This document shows, piece by piece, positions 29,525-40,600 of a stretch of 64,000 nucleotides of DNA (its first letter is position 1; each line of letters opens with the position of its first letter). Below the pieces are notes generated by a model. The model did no database searches. It saw only the letters and a program-made list of their open reading frames with translations, and was not told the DNA's origin. The position numbers and the translations under genes are program-made. Source of the DNA: a virus (Duplodnaviria; Caudoviricetes); IMG/VR virus record IMGVR_UViG_2855110455_000001, positions 3,344 to 67,343 of that record; one strand, given 5' to 3'.

Positions 29525-30682
29525 GTGATGGATAAACCTGGAGATCTGCTTGTTTTTGCTGTTGGTGAATTAACACAAGAAACAACCAAATTGTTGCAAG
29601 AGTATCGTAATGCAAAGGTCAGTATTGATGGCAAAGTCCAGTTAGTTCTGGCAACAGCCGTTGATGTGGGACTAAGTGAAGATAATTCAAAAGAGAGTCA
29701 ATTAGCTGCAGCTAATAGTGCTAATGAAGCGAAGATTCAAGCAGATAAGGCGCTTACTGTTGTAGGTGGTGCTATTAGTCATACGCCGAACTCACGTATG
29801 AAACAGCTCATGGATGCTAATGGTAATTTTAACACGATGGTTTCTATTCCTTGCTTTACTTTTGACGAGGTAAATATGTCAGGTCAAATAGGTACTGGTG
29901 TTCATCCTGCTTTTTTACGACAAGATGGATCTATTATCCCTGAAATTTGGGTTGGGGCTTTTACTGCTTCGAATAAATCAAACAATGTGATTGTGCAAAG
30001 TGATGTTGAGCCATGGCATACCATTAACTACGATGATGCGAAAGCCAAGTGTGTAGCTATGGGTAATGGCTGGCACATGATGACAGCTATGGAATGGTCA
30101 GCGATCGCGCTTTGGTGTTTAGCGAATGATTTTCAGCCTAATGGCAATACACAATATGGTCGATCTCATGCAAAAAGAATTGAGTTTTGTAAGAGAGTTG
30201 ATGGAGATATACCTAATACGCGTAATAAAGCTGCACTTGGATCTTGCGGTTCAGGGCCTAATTCATGGCGGCATGATAACACGCCATTTGGGATCAGTGA
30301 TTTGAACGGTAATCTATGGGAATGGATTGACGGATTTAAGCTTGTGAATAATAAATTTCATATTTCAAGTTACTCTGGTCAACCCGAGTCTGAATGGGAA
30401 GTCACCGATATTGGCCTTTTAGGACCAAGTGGTAATAAATGGGGAAATTATAAATTCACAGGTACAAGTGAAATACTTAAGCAGATGTTGATTGAAAGTA
30501 CGGAAGCGACAAAAAAACTTAAAGGTGGACTTTTTTATAACATAACTGGAGAACGAATTCCTTTCAAAGGTGGCACTTGGCAAAGTGGTTCTCGCGGTGG
30601 CTTGGCTGCACTTAATCTCCAATACCATCGTACATCTAAGTATGGCAATGTTGGTTTTCGGCCTGTTTTTATCGCGGATTAA
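29525..30682 (+). CDS. Receptor-binding protein with FGE-sulfatase/C-type-lectin (Mtd-like) domain
   Basis: HPAF, GWHMMT..EW, GISDLNGNLWEW, KGGTW..G..AL.L..R....NVGFRP. Confidence 0.8.
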   Translation: MMDKPGDLLVFAVGELTQETTKLLQEYRNAKVSIDGKVQLVLATAVDVGLSEDNSKESQLAAANSANEAKIQADKALTVVGGAISHTPNSRMKQLMDANGNFNTMVSIPCFTFDEVNMSGQIGTGVHPAFLRQDGSIIPEIWVGAFTASNKSNNVIVQSDVEPWHTINYDDAKAKCVAMGNGWHMMTAMEWSAIALWCLANDFQPNGNTQYGRSHAKRIEFCKRVDGDIPNTRNKAALGSCGSGPNSWRHDNTPFGISDLNGNLWEWIDGFKLVNNKFHISSYSGQPESEWEVTDIGLLGPSGNKWGNYKFTGTSEILKQMLIESTEATKKLKGGLFYNITGERIPFKGGTWQSGSRGGLAALNLQYHRTSKYGNVGFRPVFIAD

Positions 30683-30691
30683 TGGATTTTC

Positions 30692-32293
30692 ATGCTAATA
30701 GATATCCCTCTTATGCGTGGAGAAGTGCCACGATTGAAACCGCATTTACTACCGAATGAAGCCGCTGTGATTGCTAAAGACTGTTGTTTTGAAAATGGCA
30801 TTATTCGTCCGCTATTTAATGATTTGGCGATAGCGACATTGCCTATTGAGGCAAAAACATTATTTAAATATACCGATGACCATTGGTTTGTATGGAATAA
30901 ACGAATAGAAGCTATTCATAATCCAATGGCTCAAGATAAATGGCAACGTGTGTATTTCTCGGGAGAAAACAAACCAAAGGTAACAGCTCAAGATATTGCG
31001 ATTGGTGTTGTAAGTCCAGCTGCTAGCTATGATTTAGGCGTGCCTGCACCAAGTTCTGCACCTGTAATCAACCGGATAGATAGTTCAACGGGCAGTGAGC
31101 CTGAAGAAGGACAGCCTGACATCTTTGATGATGAAACGCGATTCTATATTCAAACGTTTGTGACACGTTTTGGGGAGGAAGGTGCACCATCAAAACCGAG
31201 TACGGAGTTATTAGTAGAAAAGCCAGGTTCTACTGTTTATGTCGGTCTATCTCGCTTGAACACTAATACAAATAACATCACACATACTCGTTTATATAGG
31301 ACGGTTACAAGTAGTGTGGGGGCTGAGTATATGCTTGTGGCTGAACTTCCAATTGCACAGGTAGAATATGCTGATAGCGCTAAAACACTGAATGCTCCGA
31401 TTGTTGAAACGTGGGATTACGATGTTCCGGATGAAAAAATGCGTGGGCTTTGCGTGATGGCCAACGGAATTTGTGCGGGCTTTGCAGGTAATGAAATTAT
31501 GTTCTCAGAAGCCTTTTTACCTTACGTATGGCCTAAACAATATCGAGGAACAACAGAGCATCAGATAGTGGGTATTGCAGCTATTGGTACGAGCTTAGTG
31601 GTTGTTACTAAAGGATATCCGTATATATTTGGTGGCGTGACACCCAGTGCGATTAATGGAACCAAAATAGGCAGTGAACAGGCTTGTGTGAGTAAAGAGT
31701 CAATAGTTGTCGTTAATGGCACGGTAATTTATGCATCTCCTGATGGGCTTATTGCCATTGGTTCTGATGGCGCAATAACGATTACAGATCAGCTAATGAC
31801 GCGAAGACAATGGCAAACCAAGATACCTCATACGATAAAAGCATGGGCTTCTGAAGGGATGTATATTGCTTTGTATGAGGGTGGTGGCTTTATCTTCGAT
31901 CCTGTATCTCAAGACTTTCGTGAACTATCAAATCGTTGGGATTGTGCTTATGAAGATTTAGAACGAGATCAATTGGTGATAGTTCAAGGTAATGAAATGT
32001 GCTTTTGGCAAGGAGGCGACAGCTACTTATCAGGACTGTGGCGTAGTAAAGTTTTCCAATTACCCGTAGATTCATTAATGTCCTGCGCTCGTGTGGTATC
32101 AACTGAAATTAACCAGCTGTCCTTGAAGATTTTTGGTGATGGTCAGTTGGTATACTCTTTAAACAAAGGTGAGGTTCCTCATAACGGTTTTCGGTTACCG
32201 GCTATTCGCGCAACAAATTGGCAAATTGAAGTCAGTGGTCGTGCTGAAGTTGAACGCTTGATGGTGGCCAGTTCTATGCAGGAGCTAATGTAA
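30692..32293 (+). CDS. Tail tubular/nozzle protein
   Basis: GEVPRL.PHLLP, FSE.FLPY.WP; podovirus tail synteny. Confidence 0.65.
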   Translation: MLIDIPLMRGEVPRLKPHLLPNEAAVIAKDCCFENGIIRPLFNDLAIATLPIEAKTLFKYTDDHWFVWNKRIEAIHNPMAQDKWQRVYFSGENKPKVTAQDIAIGVVSPAASYDLGVPAPSSAPVINRIDSSTGSEPEEGQPDIFDDETRFYIQTFVTRFGEEGAPSKPSTELLVEKPGSTVYVGLSRLNTNTNNITHTRLYRTVTSSVGAEYMLVAELPIAQVEYADSAKTLNAPIVETWDYDVPDEKMRGLCVMANGICAGFAGNEIMFSEAFLPYVWPKQYRGTTEHQIVGIAAIGTSLVVVTKGYPYIFGGVTPSAINGTKIGSEQACVSKESIVVVNGTVIYASPDGLIAIGSDGAITITDQLMTRRQWQTKIPHTIKAWASEGMYIALYEGGGFIFDPVSQDFRELSNRWDCAYEDLERDQLVIVQGNEMCFWQGGDSYLSGLWRSKVFQLPVDSLMSCARVVSTEINQLSLKIFGDGQLVYSLNKGEVPHNGFRLPAIRATNWQIEVSGRAEVERLMVASSMQELM

Positions 32294-34251
32294 TGGTTTC
32301 CCCAAAGAATAATATAAAGTCAGGTTTTCGTGGTGGGCGTGATAGCGCGGCAATACAAGAAAACATTGAGTTATTAACTGGGCAACGAGGTAATGGATTA
32401 GATCGCGCAATCACGATGCGTGAACTTGCTAGTTTGGGCTTAATTAATGTTACTAGGAATAGTAACGGAGCTGTAATCCCTAGGCCGAAACCACCCGTAA
32501 TTCCTGATGGTAAGCCAATACAACGGCCTCATTCTCCTGTCGGTTTTGCTGCTTTGGGTGGGTTTGGTGCCATTATGTTGGAATGGGAAAATCCAACCTT
32601 TTATGGTTTTGCTTTTGCTGAGCTGTGGCGAGCAGCACCTAATGCCGATGGCTCAGCTCCGTATTTAGAACAAGCAGTACTTATTGCGACAACGCCAGCG
32701 ACGGTGTTTGGTGATATTGTCAATCCTGGCTCTACATACTATTACTGGTGTCGGTTCGTGAATATTAATAATATTGCAGGGCCATATAATAATGTTGATG
32801 GGGTAAAGGTTTCTACCAGTCCTAATATTAGTGACATTATTGATGATATTGGCGAACAGATGAAAAAATCTGATCTAATTCAAGAATTGGAAAAGGATAT
32901 ATCTGAAGGAGATAAAGCGGCTAATACTGCGATTGAATTAGCAAAGAAAGAATTAGTTGATGCAGATAATTTAATAAATGCAAGCATAGGTCGTTTAAAA
33001 ACAATTGTTTCAAATTCGGATCGTGCATTGGCAAAACGTATTGATGGTTTAGCGGCACAATGGAAATCTGATGATAAAAAAGTCCTAACTGTGGCTAAAG
33101 GCGATATTACTCGCGTTCAAAAGATTTTAACAAATAAAGATAATGCATTAGCTAGTGATATCTTGAAAATTGCAGTGGCTTATAAAAAAGGAGATAACGC
33201 ATTAGCTGGTGCAATTACTGCGCTCAATAATGTAACGGCTGAACGTGACAGAGTGGTCTCTAAAAAGGTTGATACGGTTCGATCGAGTCTTAATAATGTT
33301 GCTGCGACTGTTCAGCAAAATAGCCAATCTATCAGTTCTCTTAATCAGAATGGCTCGATTGCACATAAAGCAATGTGGAATACCAAGGCGAAAGCCGGCG
33401 ATATTAAAGCGGGAATTGGTCTTTTAGCTAAATCTGATGGTACGAGCCAAGTTGCTATTTCTGCCTCTCAATTTTTTGTCTTTGACCCTAATATTTCCAA
33501 TAAAAAAATTCAGCCTCTTTTTGCTATCGATAAAGGTAAGGTAATAATACCTAAGGCCTTTATTGAAAAGGCAACTATTCAAATATTAAATGCACAGACT
33601 ATTGTTGCAGATAGGGTTAAAGCTGGCATTAGCATTAACTCTCCAGTTATTAACGGTGGGCAGGTGACTGGTGGGTGGGCAGGGTTTGGTTCAGGTGGCC
33701 CATATTCTGGTTATCATACAAAAATTGGTATTGGTGGTGAAATTTGGACGGATAGGCTACACGCTCGTGGTGCAAACATTAGCGGGAATATTACGGCTAC
33801 AAAAGGTAGGTTCAGTAACGTAACTATTGATGGTACATGTAAAGTTAAGCGCATAGAGGCCAACGCTATCATAGGAGATATAACGAAGATATTAACCCCA
33901 AGCTATCCCAATAAGTATATTGATAGGCAGGGAGATATTGAGGTTTTTAGGCTTAATGTTGGAAGAATGCCATTCAAGAGATCAGCATTAATTAGCGGCA
34001 ACAGATTTAGGACTTCCGGATCATCTTTTACATATGAGTGCCTTGTTGACATTAATGGTTCGGGACCAAGGAAAATATTACCGTCATTTAGCGGGTTATC
34101 TGGTGCAGCCTTGCAGGGTATGAGTACTATTATAGATATTCAACCAAATATAAATGCAAATATTATTATTTATGTGCGTAAGACTGGGGCGTTTAGGAAG
34201 GTTTTCTTCCCAATATCTCCAGTAAATATATGGATGATATTTAAAAACTAA
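32293..34251 (+). CDS. Tail tip/host-specificity fibre (DUF1983-like)
   Basis: FN3-like YYYWCRFVN..GP; AGIGL..SQVAISASQFFV..AFIEKATI. Confidence 0.75.
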   Translation: MVSPKNNIKSGFRGGRDSAAIQENIELLTGQRGNGLDRAITMRELASLGLINVTRNSNGAVIPRPKPPVIPDGKPIQRPHSPVGFAALGGFGAIMLEWENPTFYGFAFAELWRAAPNADGSAPYLEQAVLIATTPATVFGDIVNPGSTYYYWCRFVNINNIAGPYNNVDGVKVSTSPNISDIIDDIGEQMKKSDLIQELEKDISEGDKAANTAIELAKKELVDADNLINASIGRLKTIVSNSDRALAKRIDGLAAQWKSDDKKVLTVAKGDITRVQKILTNKDNALASDILKIAVAYKKGDNALAGAITALNNVTAERDRVVSKKVDTVRSSLNNVAATVQQNSQSISSLNQNGSIAHKAMWNTKAKAGDIKAGIGLLAKSDGTSQVAISASQFFVFDPNISNKKIQPLFAIDKGKVIIPKAFIEKATIQILNAQTIVADRVKAGISINSPVINGGQVTGGWAGFGSGGPYSGYHTKIGIGGEIWTDRLHARGANISGNITATKGRFSNVTIDGTCKVKRIEANAIIGDITKILTPSYPNKYIDRQGDIEVFRLNVGRMPFKRSALISGNRFRTSGSSFTYECLVDINGSGPRKILPSFSGLSGAALQGMSTIIDIQPNINANIIIYVRKTGAFRKVFFPISPVNIWMIFKN

Positions 34252-34358
34252 ATTAAAAATCATTACGGGAGTTATGTTTATGACTTATCCACTACTCGTT
34301 TAATAGTGCTTAATCTTCTTTCTTGATCATATTTATTATGTTGTTTGTGGCGGGTTTT

Positions 34359-34754
34359 ATGGATGTACTAAGGCAAAATTGGCATAAGTATCGCGATAGG
34401 CTACTTCCTGTAATACAAGCTACTGAAAGGCGCAATTCACATTTATTTAGTGACGAAATCGATAAGGCTCTATCTTCTGATAGGGCCTTTTTATTTATTG
34501 GCGAAGATGGTTTTTTTGTACTGCAGCCGTTGTCTGAAAATGGCGTAGTGACAGTGAATGTGATGTTTGCCTTTGACTGGGGTGGTAATGCGATTGAACG
34601 TTATCAGGCATCTATTGAGCGGTTGTCTCGTGAAATTGGTGCAACAGGATTAAAGTTATATACCGTTGTTAAAGGTTTGGTCCCTTTGCTTAAACAACAA
34701 CACTGGCAATTAACCAATGACGATAGAATTATGCGTTTTATCAAACCATTATAG
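34359..34754 (+). CDS. Phage protein, possibly acetyltransferase-like
   Basis: Between tail and ejection genes; GFFVL..VMFAF pattern. Confidence 0.5.
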   Translation: MDVLRQNWHKYRDRLLPVIQATERRNSHLFSDEIDKALSSDRAFLFIGEDGFFVLQPLSENGVVTVNVMFAFDWGGNAIERYQASIERLSREIGATGLKLYTVVKGLVPLLKQQHWQLTNDDRIMRFIKPL

Positions 34755-34762
34755 GAGTTGAT

Positions 34763-35425
34763 ATGGGTGGTGGAGGCAAAAATAAAGCACAAGAGACAAC
34801 AGCGCAAAAATCAGCAGCAGAGGTCGCTAATCGTCAATGGAGTGTTTATCAAAACGATTTAAAAGGTTTTGAAGACAACTTTATTCAACGTGTTGATAAT
34901 TATAACTCATCACAAAATATGGCTAAAACTAAACAAGATACTGACTTAGCCTATGCCAAGAGTTTTAGTGATTCTCGCAGTGCAGCAGATAAACAATTAA
35001 CTGCTTCTGGTATTGATCCAAGTAGTAGTAAATATCAGCAAACGATGGCTGACATATCGACCGAGCAAGCAATAGAACAAGCCGATACGGTTAATCGTGC
35101 TCAAACAGCAGAGCAAGATAAGCATATGGCAGGTCTACAGGATGTTACTGCTATTGGTATGGGGCAAAAATCAGAGTCATTAGCCAGCATGGGCAATATT
35201 GCTACCTCAAGTATGCGTAAAGCAGCGTTTGATGCTCAAAACGCATTCAATAGACGATCTGCAAATAATCAATTAATCGGTACAGTTGCTGGTGCTGGAG
35301 TCTCTGCTGGTTTGCGGGGGGTCGGTTCTATGTCATCAGGCTCCAGTATGGATGGTATATCAACGATGAAATCACGGCCTACCTATGATCATGAAACTAA
35401 CTCATTTGGCACCATGCTTTCTTAA
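34763..35425 (+). CDS. Internal virion/ejection protein
   Basis: MGGGG start, Ala/Gln-rich, Gly-rich C-terminus. Confidence 0.65.
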   Translation: MGGGGKNKAQETTAQKSAAEVANRQWSVYQNDLKGFEDNFIQRVDNYNSSQNMAKTKQDTDLAYAKSFSDSRSAADKQLTASGIDPSSSKYQQTMADISTEQAIEQADTVNRAQTAEQDKHMAGLQDVTAIGMGQKSESLASMGNIATSSMRKAAFDAQNAFNRRSANNQLIGTVAGAGVSAGLRGVGSMSSGSSMDGISTMKSRPTYDHETNSFGTMLS

Positions 35426-35432
35426 GGAGTAA

Positions 35433-35807
35433 ATGATGGGGATAGCAGCAGATACCTATGCAGATTTAACTCGAAAGATGTATGAAGATTGGGAGCAGCG
35501 ATTTTATCCGAAGCAAAAAGAGCTATTGGAAAAGGCATCAACAGGCCAACTTGCATCAGAGCAGCTTTCTCGTGTTGATGAGAATTTACGAGGCTCATTA
35601 CGAGCGTCTACTCAGTCAAACGCTAATAGGATGGCAAGGTTTGGTGTCACAGCGGAACAAAATACGAGTGGTGATGCTCGGCAGGCTCTTGGGATAGCAG
35701 GAACAAAGAATGCTGTGCGTAAACATGCAGAAGAAAGGTCAATGTCGATTCTGTCTGGTGCAAATATGGGATTGCGTCAAAAAATGAATGTAGGCGGAGG
35801 GATGTAA
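35433..35807 (+). CDS. Internal virion protein
   Basis: AAGGAG RBS, synteny. Confidence 0.6.
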   Translation: MMGIAADTYADLTRKMYEDWEQRFYPKQKELLEKASTGQLASEQLSRVDENLRGSLRASTQSNANRMARFGVTAEQNTSGDARQALGIAGTKNAVRKHAEERSMSILSGANMGLRQKMNVGGGM

Positions 35808-36046
35808 TGTCATACAGTATTTTATCTTTAGGTAATGATACGCGTAAGCAAGCAATGTCAGGTTTGCGTAGTGCAGCCGATCGCGAAGAACATCTGGAAA
35901 GTACAAATAAACAACTCAAAACAGCTAAACGAACACAAACGATGGGAGCTATTGGAACAGGTGCTGCAATAGGTACTTCTATTATGCCTGGTATTGGTAC
36001 GGCCATCGGTGCTGTGGGTGGTTTGATTATTGGTGAATTATTTTAA
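35807..36046 (+). CDS. Small glycine-zipper virion protein
   Basis: GAIGTGAAIGT..GIGTAIGAVGG. Confidence 0.65.
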   Translation: MSYSILSLGNDTRKQAMSGLRSAADREEHLESTNKQLKTAKRTQTMGAIGTGAAIGTSIMPGIGTAIGAVGGLIIGELF

Positions 36047-36055
36047 GGTGTGCCT

Positions 36056-37399
36056 ATGAGTTTAGATACACGTGGGTTTATGGATGGGGCATTACGTGGT
36101 TTTGATTTAATGGAACGACGTTATGATCGCCAAGATAGAAAAGAAGATAGACAACGTAGTTTACGTCAAGCTGATGAAGATAGAGCTGAAAATAAACGCC
36201 GATATACAGATAGTGTGGAACGACAGAGTCGACTTGATTCAACAAATGAAGAACGCTATCAGGCGGCACAAGTAAAAGATGAACACCGTTACAAAGATCA
36301 ATTGGCACGACAACAGCGAATAGAAAACCGTAGCGATGCTGTAGATCAATCTCGTCTTGAATATAACAATACTCGTACTTCACAGCTGAAGCGTCAGCAA
36401 TTTCTTAGTGATAACTCGGTGCTATTGGATGCCGGTTGGCAGAAGTTTCAGAAGACGGGTGAACTTGATGAAATTTTTGATGATCCCAATGTAAAAGGTG
36501 GAGCATACGATATTCGTCGTTATACACCCCAATTATTAACATCATTTAAAAATATCGAAACTAATATGCCCAAAGTACTCTCTGGTGAGCTGAGTGCTGA
36601 TAATTTGGTGGATGATTTAGATGTTATCTATCGACCGAATTTGAATGCCGCTGTAGGTACTAAAGATGCGTCAGGGAAAATTATTGCTTCAACTAAACTT
36701 GCTCGAGTTACTCAACAAGCTGATATTGATCCAAATCGAGAAGGCGATCAACCGGGTTTGGTACTTGGCATGGAAGTATTCTATGAGGATGGGAGTTCTG
36801 GAGGGATTCGACCTGTTACTCAAAATCGTTCTACTGATAAAAAAGATGCTGTAATGGTGATCCCACTTGAATCTGCAATGAAGGATTTAACGGGGCAGAT
36901 GAATATGGCACGTAAAGTATCATCCTCTCAGTATTATAATAAGTTGTTTAAGCCTCAGGACAGTAAAGCATCAATTGAATTTCAAAAAGAATACCGTAAG
37001 GCTGTGAATGATGTTTATAGCAATAGTGAAAATGCTAAAGCTAAGTTAATAGAGAGTGCTGGTGGCATGATGACACCTGAACTTCAGCAGCAAATGGATA
37101 GTCTTGATGAACAAGTAAAAACACGATTAGAGCAGGTTGATGCGCTTTATTATAAGCAGGGGAATGATGGTCAAAACACTCAAATTTCTGCTTCTCAGCC
37201 TGCTTATAAAACATGGGCAACAGATAGTCAAAAATTAGCATTTATTGATGCGTTAGCTAAACGTGGCGAAGATCTATCAAAGGCAACACCAGAAGTGCTT
37301 GATGCAGCGTATACCTCGTTAATGAATAATAAAAAACAAGAACAGTTTGCCACTGATGCAGAATCATTGCGGATGCGGTATTACCAATCGGTGCAATAA
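36056..37399 (+). CDS. DNA ejection/transfer protein
   Basis: GFMDGALRGF N-terminus, charged coiled coil. Confidence 0.6.
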   Translation: MSLDTRGFMDGALRGFDLMERRYDRQDRKEDRQRSLRQADEDRAENKRRYTDSVERQSRLDSTNEERYQAAQVKDEHRYKDQLARQQRIENRSDAVDQSRLEYNNTRTSQLKRQQFLSDNSVLLDAGWQKFQKTGELDEIFDDPNVKGGAYDIRRYTPQLLTSFKNIETNMPKVLSGELSADNLVDDLDVIYRPNLNAAVGTKDASGKIIASTKLARVTQQADIDPNREGDQPGLVLGMEVFYEDGSSGGIRPVTQNRSTDKKDAVMVIPLESAMKDLTGQMNMARKVSSSQYYNKLFKPQDSKASIEFQKEYRKAVNDVYSNSENAKAKLIESAGGMMTPELQQQMDSLDEQVKTRLEQVDALYYKQGNDGQNTQISASQPAYKTWATDSQKLAFIDALAKRGEDLSKATPEVLDAAYTSLMNNKKQEQFATDAESLRMRYYQSVQ

Positions 37400-37502
37400 T
37401 ATTGTCTTGGGTTTGCTCGATGTCAAAATTAGTGATTGGAGCTATCCAACTTAAGGATTACAGAAAGCGGTAACAACCTAATTCATCATTGATGGCAGTA
37501 TC

Positions 37503-37590
37503 TCGTTGCTGGCCAAAACTTAGCGCATACTGACTACATTATGGAAAACTACACCTGAACCACTGCACCGAAAGGCGCGGTGGTTTTTTT
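37503..37590 (+). promoter_or_regulatory. Third promoter + terminator unit before the giant gene
   Basis: TTGCTG..gccaaaacttag..CATACT then aaccactgcacc-gaaa-ggcgcggtggttttttt. Confidence 0.5.
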
Positions 37591-37612
37591 ATGCCATTTT
37601 TATGAGGTTTAC

Positions 37613-40600
37613 ATGAGCGAAAGATTATTAGGCAACGATATTGATCCTAAAGCGACTGTTCAAGCGCAAACGGATATGACAAATACTGGTGGAGACTATG
37701 AGTTACCTGAGGGTTTTTCGTTAGCTAATTTTCAGCCTCGTGATGTGAAAAATCATGAAGTAAGTTTATTCGATGGCGCAAAATCTTTTGTGAGTGGAGG
37801 CTTGCGCTCTTTAGAGGGGGCATCTGAAGCACAAGGGCAGGTGTTGAATGTGTTAAATGACAAGGTAAACGCTAATGATGGATGGATATCTAGCGTTGCC
37901 TCTGCTGCACAAGACATACCTGTAGTTAGAGCCGCAATGGCAACTACACCTTATATAAAAAACGTATTAGATTCAGCTGCAAATACTGTAGAAGACAGCT
38001 TAAGCGATGATGCAAAAGCTGCTGCGAGTGAGCCACTTGCATGGCGAGAAGGAGATAACTGGAGAGTATCAACTGATCCTGCTGTGTGGGGGATCCAATT
38101 TAGTAAATCGATGGGTTATATGTTGCCAACTATTGCAACTGCATTTTCGACAGGAGGTGTATCAGCGAGTGCATTATTGCCTAATATCACTAATGCAATG
38201 ATTCGCTCTGGGGCAAGTGCAACGTTAGCGTCTAAAGCTGCACCTATTGCACTTAATATGCTAATGAAAGCACCAGCGGTTGGAGTTGGGATGAGTACTG
38301 ATTTAGGTACTCAAGGCGTAGAGTCTAGTAATGGTGTGATAGATGCAGAGCATCGTCAATTGATGGAATCACAACATTACCAAGATGCATTTATAGACAT
38401 TGATAGTGATCCTAAGTACGTACATTTATCTGACGGTGAGAAGTTTGGTCTTGCTAAAGAATTTGTGAGTAATCAGGCATCTCGCGCTGCAATGACCGAT
38501 GTTCGTAATGTTGCAGCAAGTGCTGCTGCGACAATGGTAGGTGATATACCATTAGCTAATGCGATGCTTAAAGGATTTAAACATGGTGGTGGTGTTCGTG
38601 GAACTGCAGCGGGTATAGCAAAAGGTATTGCACGTGAAGCTCCAATGGAAGCTATCCAAGAAGGAACGCAGCAGCGTGTAAGTAACGAAGTATCCAACGA
38701 GTACCAAGGCTCGAACATTGATCCTAACCAAGGTGTTGCAGAAGCAGCGGTAAGTGGTGGCTTAATGGGAACTGCCATGGGGGGAAGTATGGGGTCTATT
38801 GGTGGTTTTCGAAGTAAGTCGCAGGTAGATCCGATAACAGAAATATCTGTTGATGATAGCCCTGTCTCTGAAGCGCCGATTGATTCAAATGCAGTTGATG
38901 CCTCTATTAGTGAGGATTCAGTACCAGAACAACATAACAAAATTTATCCTAATGACTTTGAAAATACATCGTCTCAAATTCGGCAACAAGAAGCAGACAC
39001 CAATGAAACGGCATCAGAATTAGAAACTGAGAATGTAGTGGAATCTACGCCAGACAGTGATGTGAATCCTGATATAAATCCGGAGCTGGCCACAAGTATC
39101 TTCAATGAAGTCGATACACAAAATGATTTAGATATCCCTGCATATTTACGCCAACCAGTAAAATTGAGTGAAAAGGCTGCCAGTATTGATGAGTCTTTGC
39201 CTGCAGCTACCAATACTGATTTAGTTGTTTCTGACTCTCGGCCTGATGTTATTTATGGTCATGATAAGCGGACAACACAGGATCCAACTATTTATGATAA
39301 ACCAGTTGGTGAGCCTCAATTTGAAGGAGGAATCCCTAAGAATAAATTACGTCAATTAAAGTATTTGGCCAATCGGCGTAATGCAAAAATCCCATTAGCC
39401 TTACAGCCACTGAAAGGTTCTGGTCGTTTCACTCGTCCTGAATATCGCAGTCGCTTAGTCTCTATTGCTGATGAAGCAATCTCATTAGGTAATAGTAAAA
39501 GTGTCAATGTACAGGTTGATTCAATATCAGACGCAATCACCAAACTAGGAGGTGTAAGTCGTACATCGGCACAAGCTGATGGTATTGATTCTGCAGCTTT
39601 CAAACGTAATAAGCTGTTTTCTGCCACAAAGGGACGTACTTTTGATGAGTTAGCTGAAGTGCTGAATGAACATGGATATAGATCGCGTGATGGCGGTAAG
39701 TTAGACGCTAATGCAGTGCTTGATCTTGTCGACAGTGAAGTTAATAACAATGAGCGTCACTTTAGCAGTCAATCAGATATGTTAACGGAAACCGATCACG
39801 GTTCGGCTTTTAATGAATTGGTCCGTGAGTATGGTGCTGAACGTGTTAAAACGGCAATAAGTAAGGCCTTGCAAGGTAACCGCTTAGGGGATCGACAGGC
39901 TGAAATTGTTAATGAGGCAATGGATGTTATTGAAACAGGGCGTATTGAACAAGCTGGTGGAATTGAAGCTCGTCATGGCGAGCGAGATAGTCGCCGTGAA
40001 GCTCGAGCTTTGAGGCAAAAGAAACAGTTAGAGAAAACTCATAATGAGTTGGGGCTACCTAAAAAGGTGGAACCTGACAATTCTGTCAATATTGAGAGAG
40101 AATATAATGAGACGGTTGAAGCTGTACTAGATAATTCGATTAAACAAGCAACGATAGCTAATCCCATAGAAACAGAGTCATTAATATATCGTTATGAGAC
40201 CGGCCAAATTACGACTGCAGACTTAATATCACGTTTAGGAGAGCTTGATTATGCCGATAAACAAAAACTCAACAGCATGGAAGACACTCAATCAACTTCC
40301 AAAAGAAAGGATCCTACAAGCGTTGAAGAACGGGCTAGAGAAAGGGAAACACCTTCGTCAAAAGAATCAGAATCAACAAGAATTAATAGCGACAGAGTCG
40401 GAACCGATGATGTTAAAAAACCAAAGCATGAGCAAAGAAGAGAACCTAAATCAAAAATAACATCTACTGATGACCATCGTTCGATGCTGTATTCACAGCA
40501 GGCGTTAAGCAGTTCAAATACTACAACGAAGGGAATACCCTTAAAGCAAGCAGAGTTGGCCGTTAAATCATGGTTACGCCAGTACAATGGCGGTGCTGGT

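Noticed and set aside
29525-34320. Complete diversity-generating retroelement
   Set aside because: No reverse transcriptase, avd or template repeat in the window
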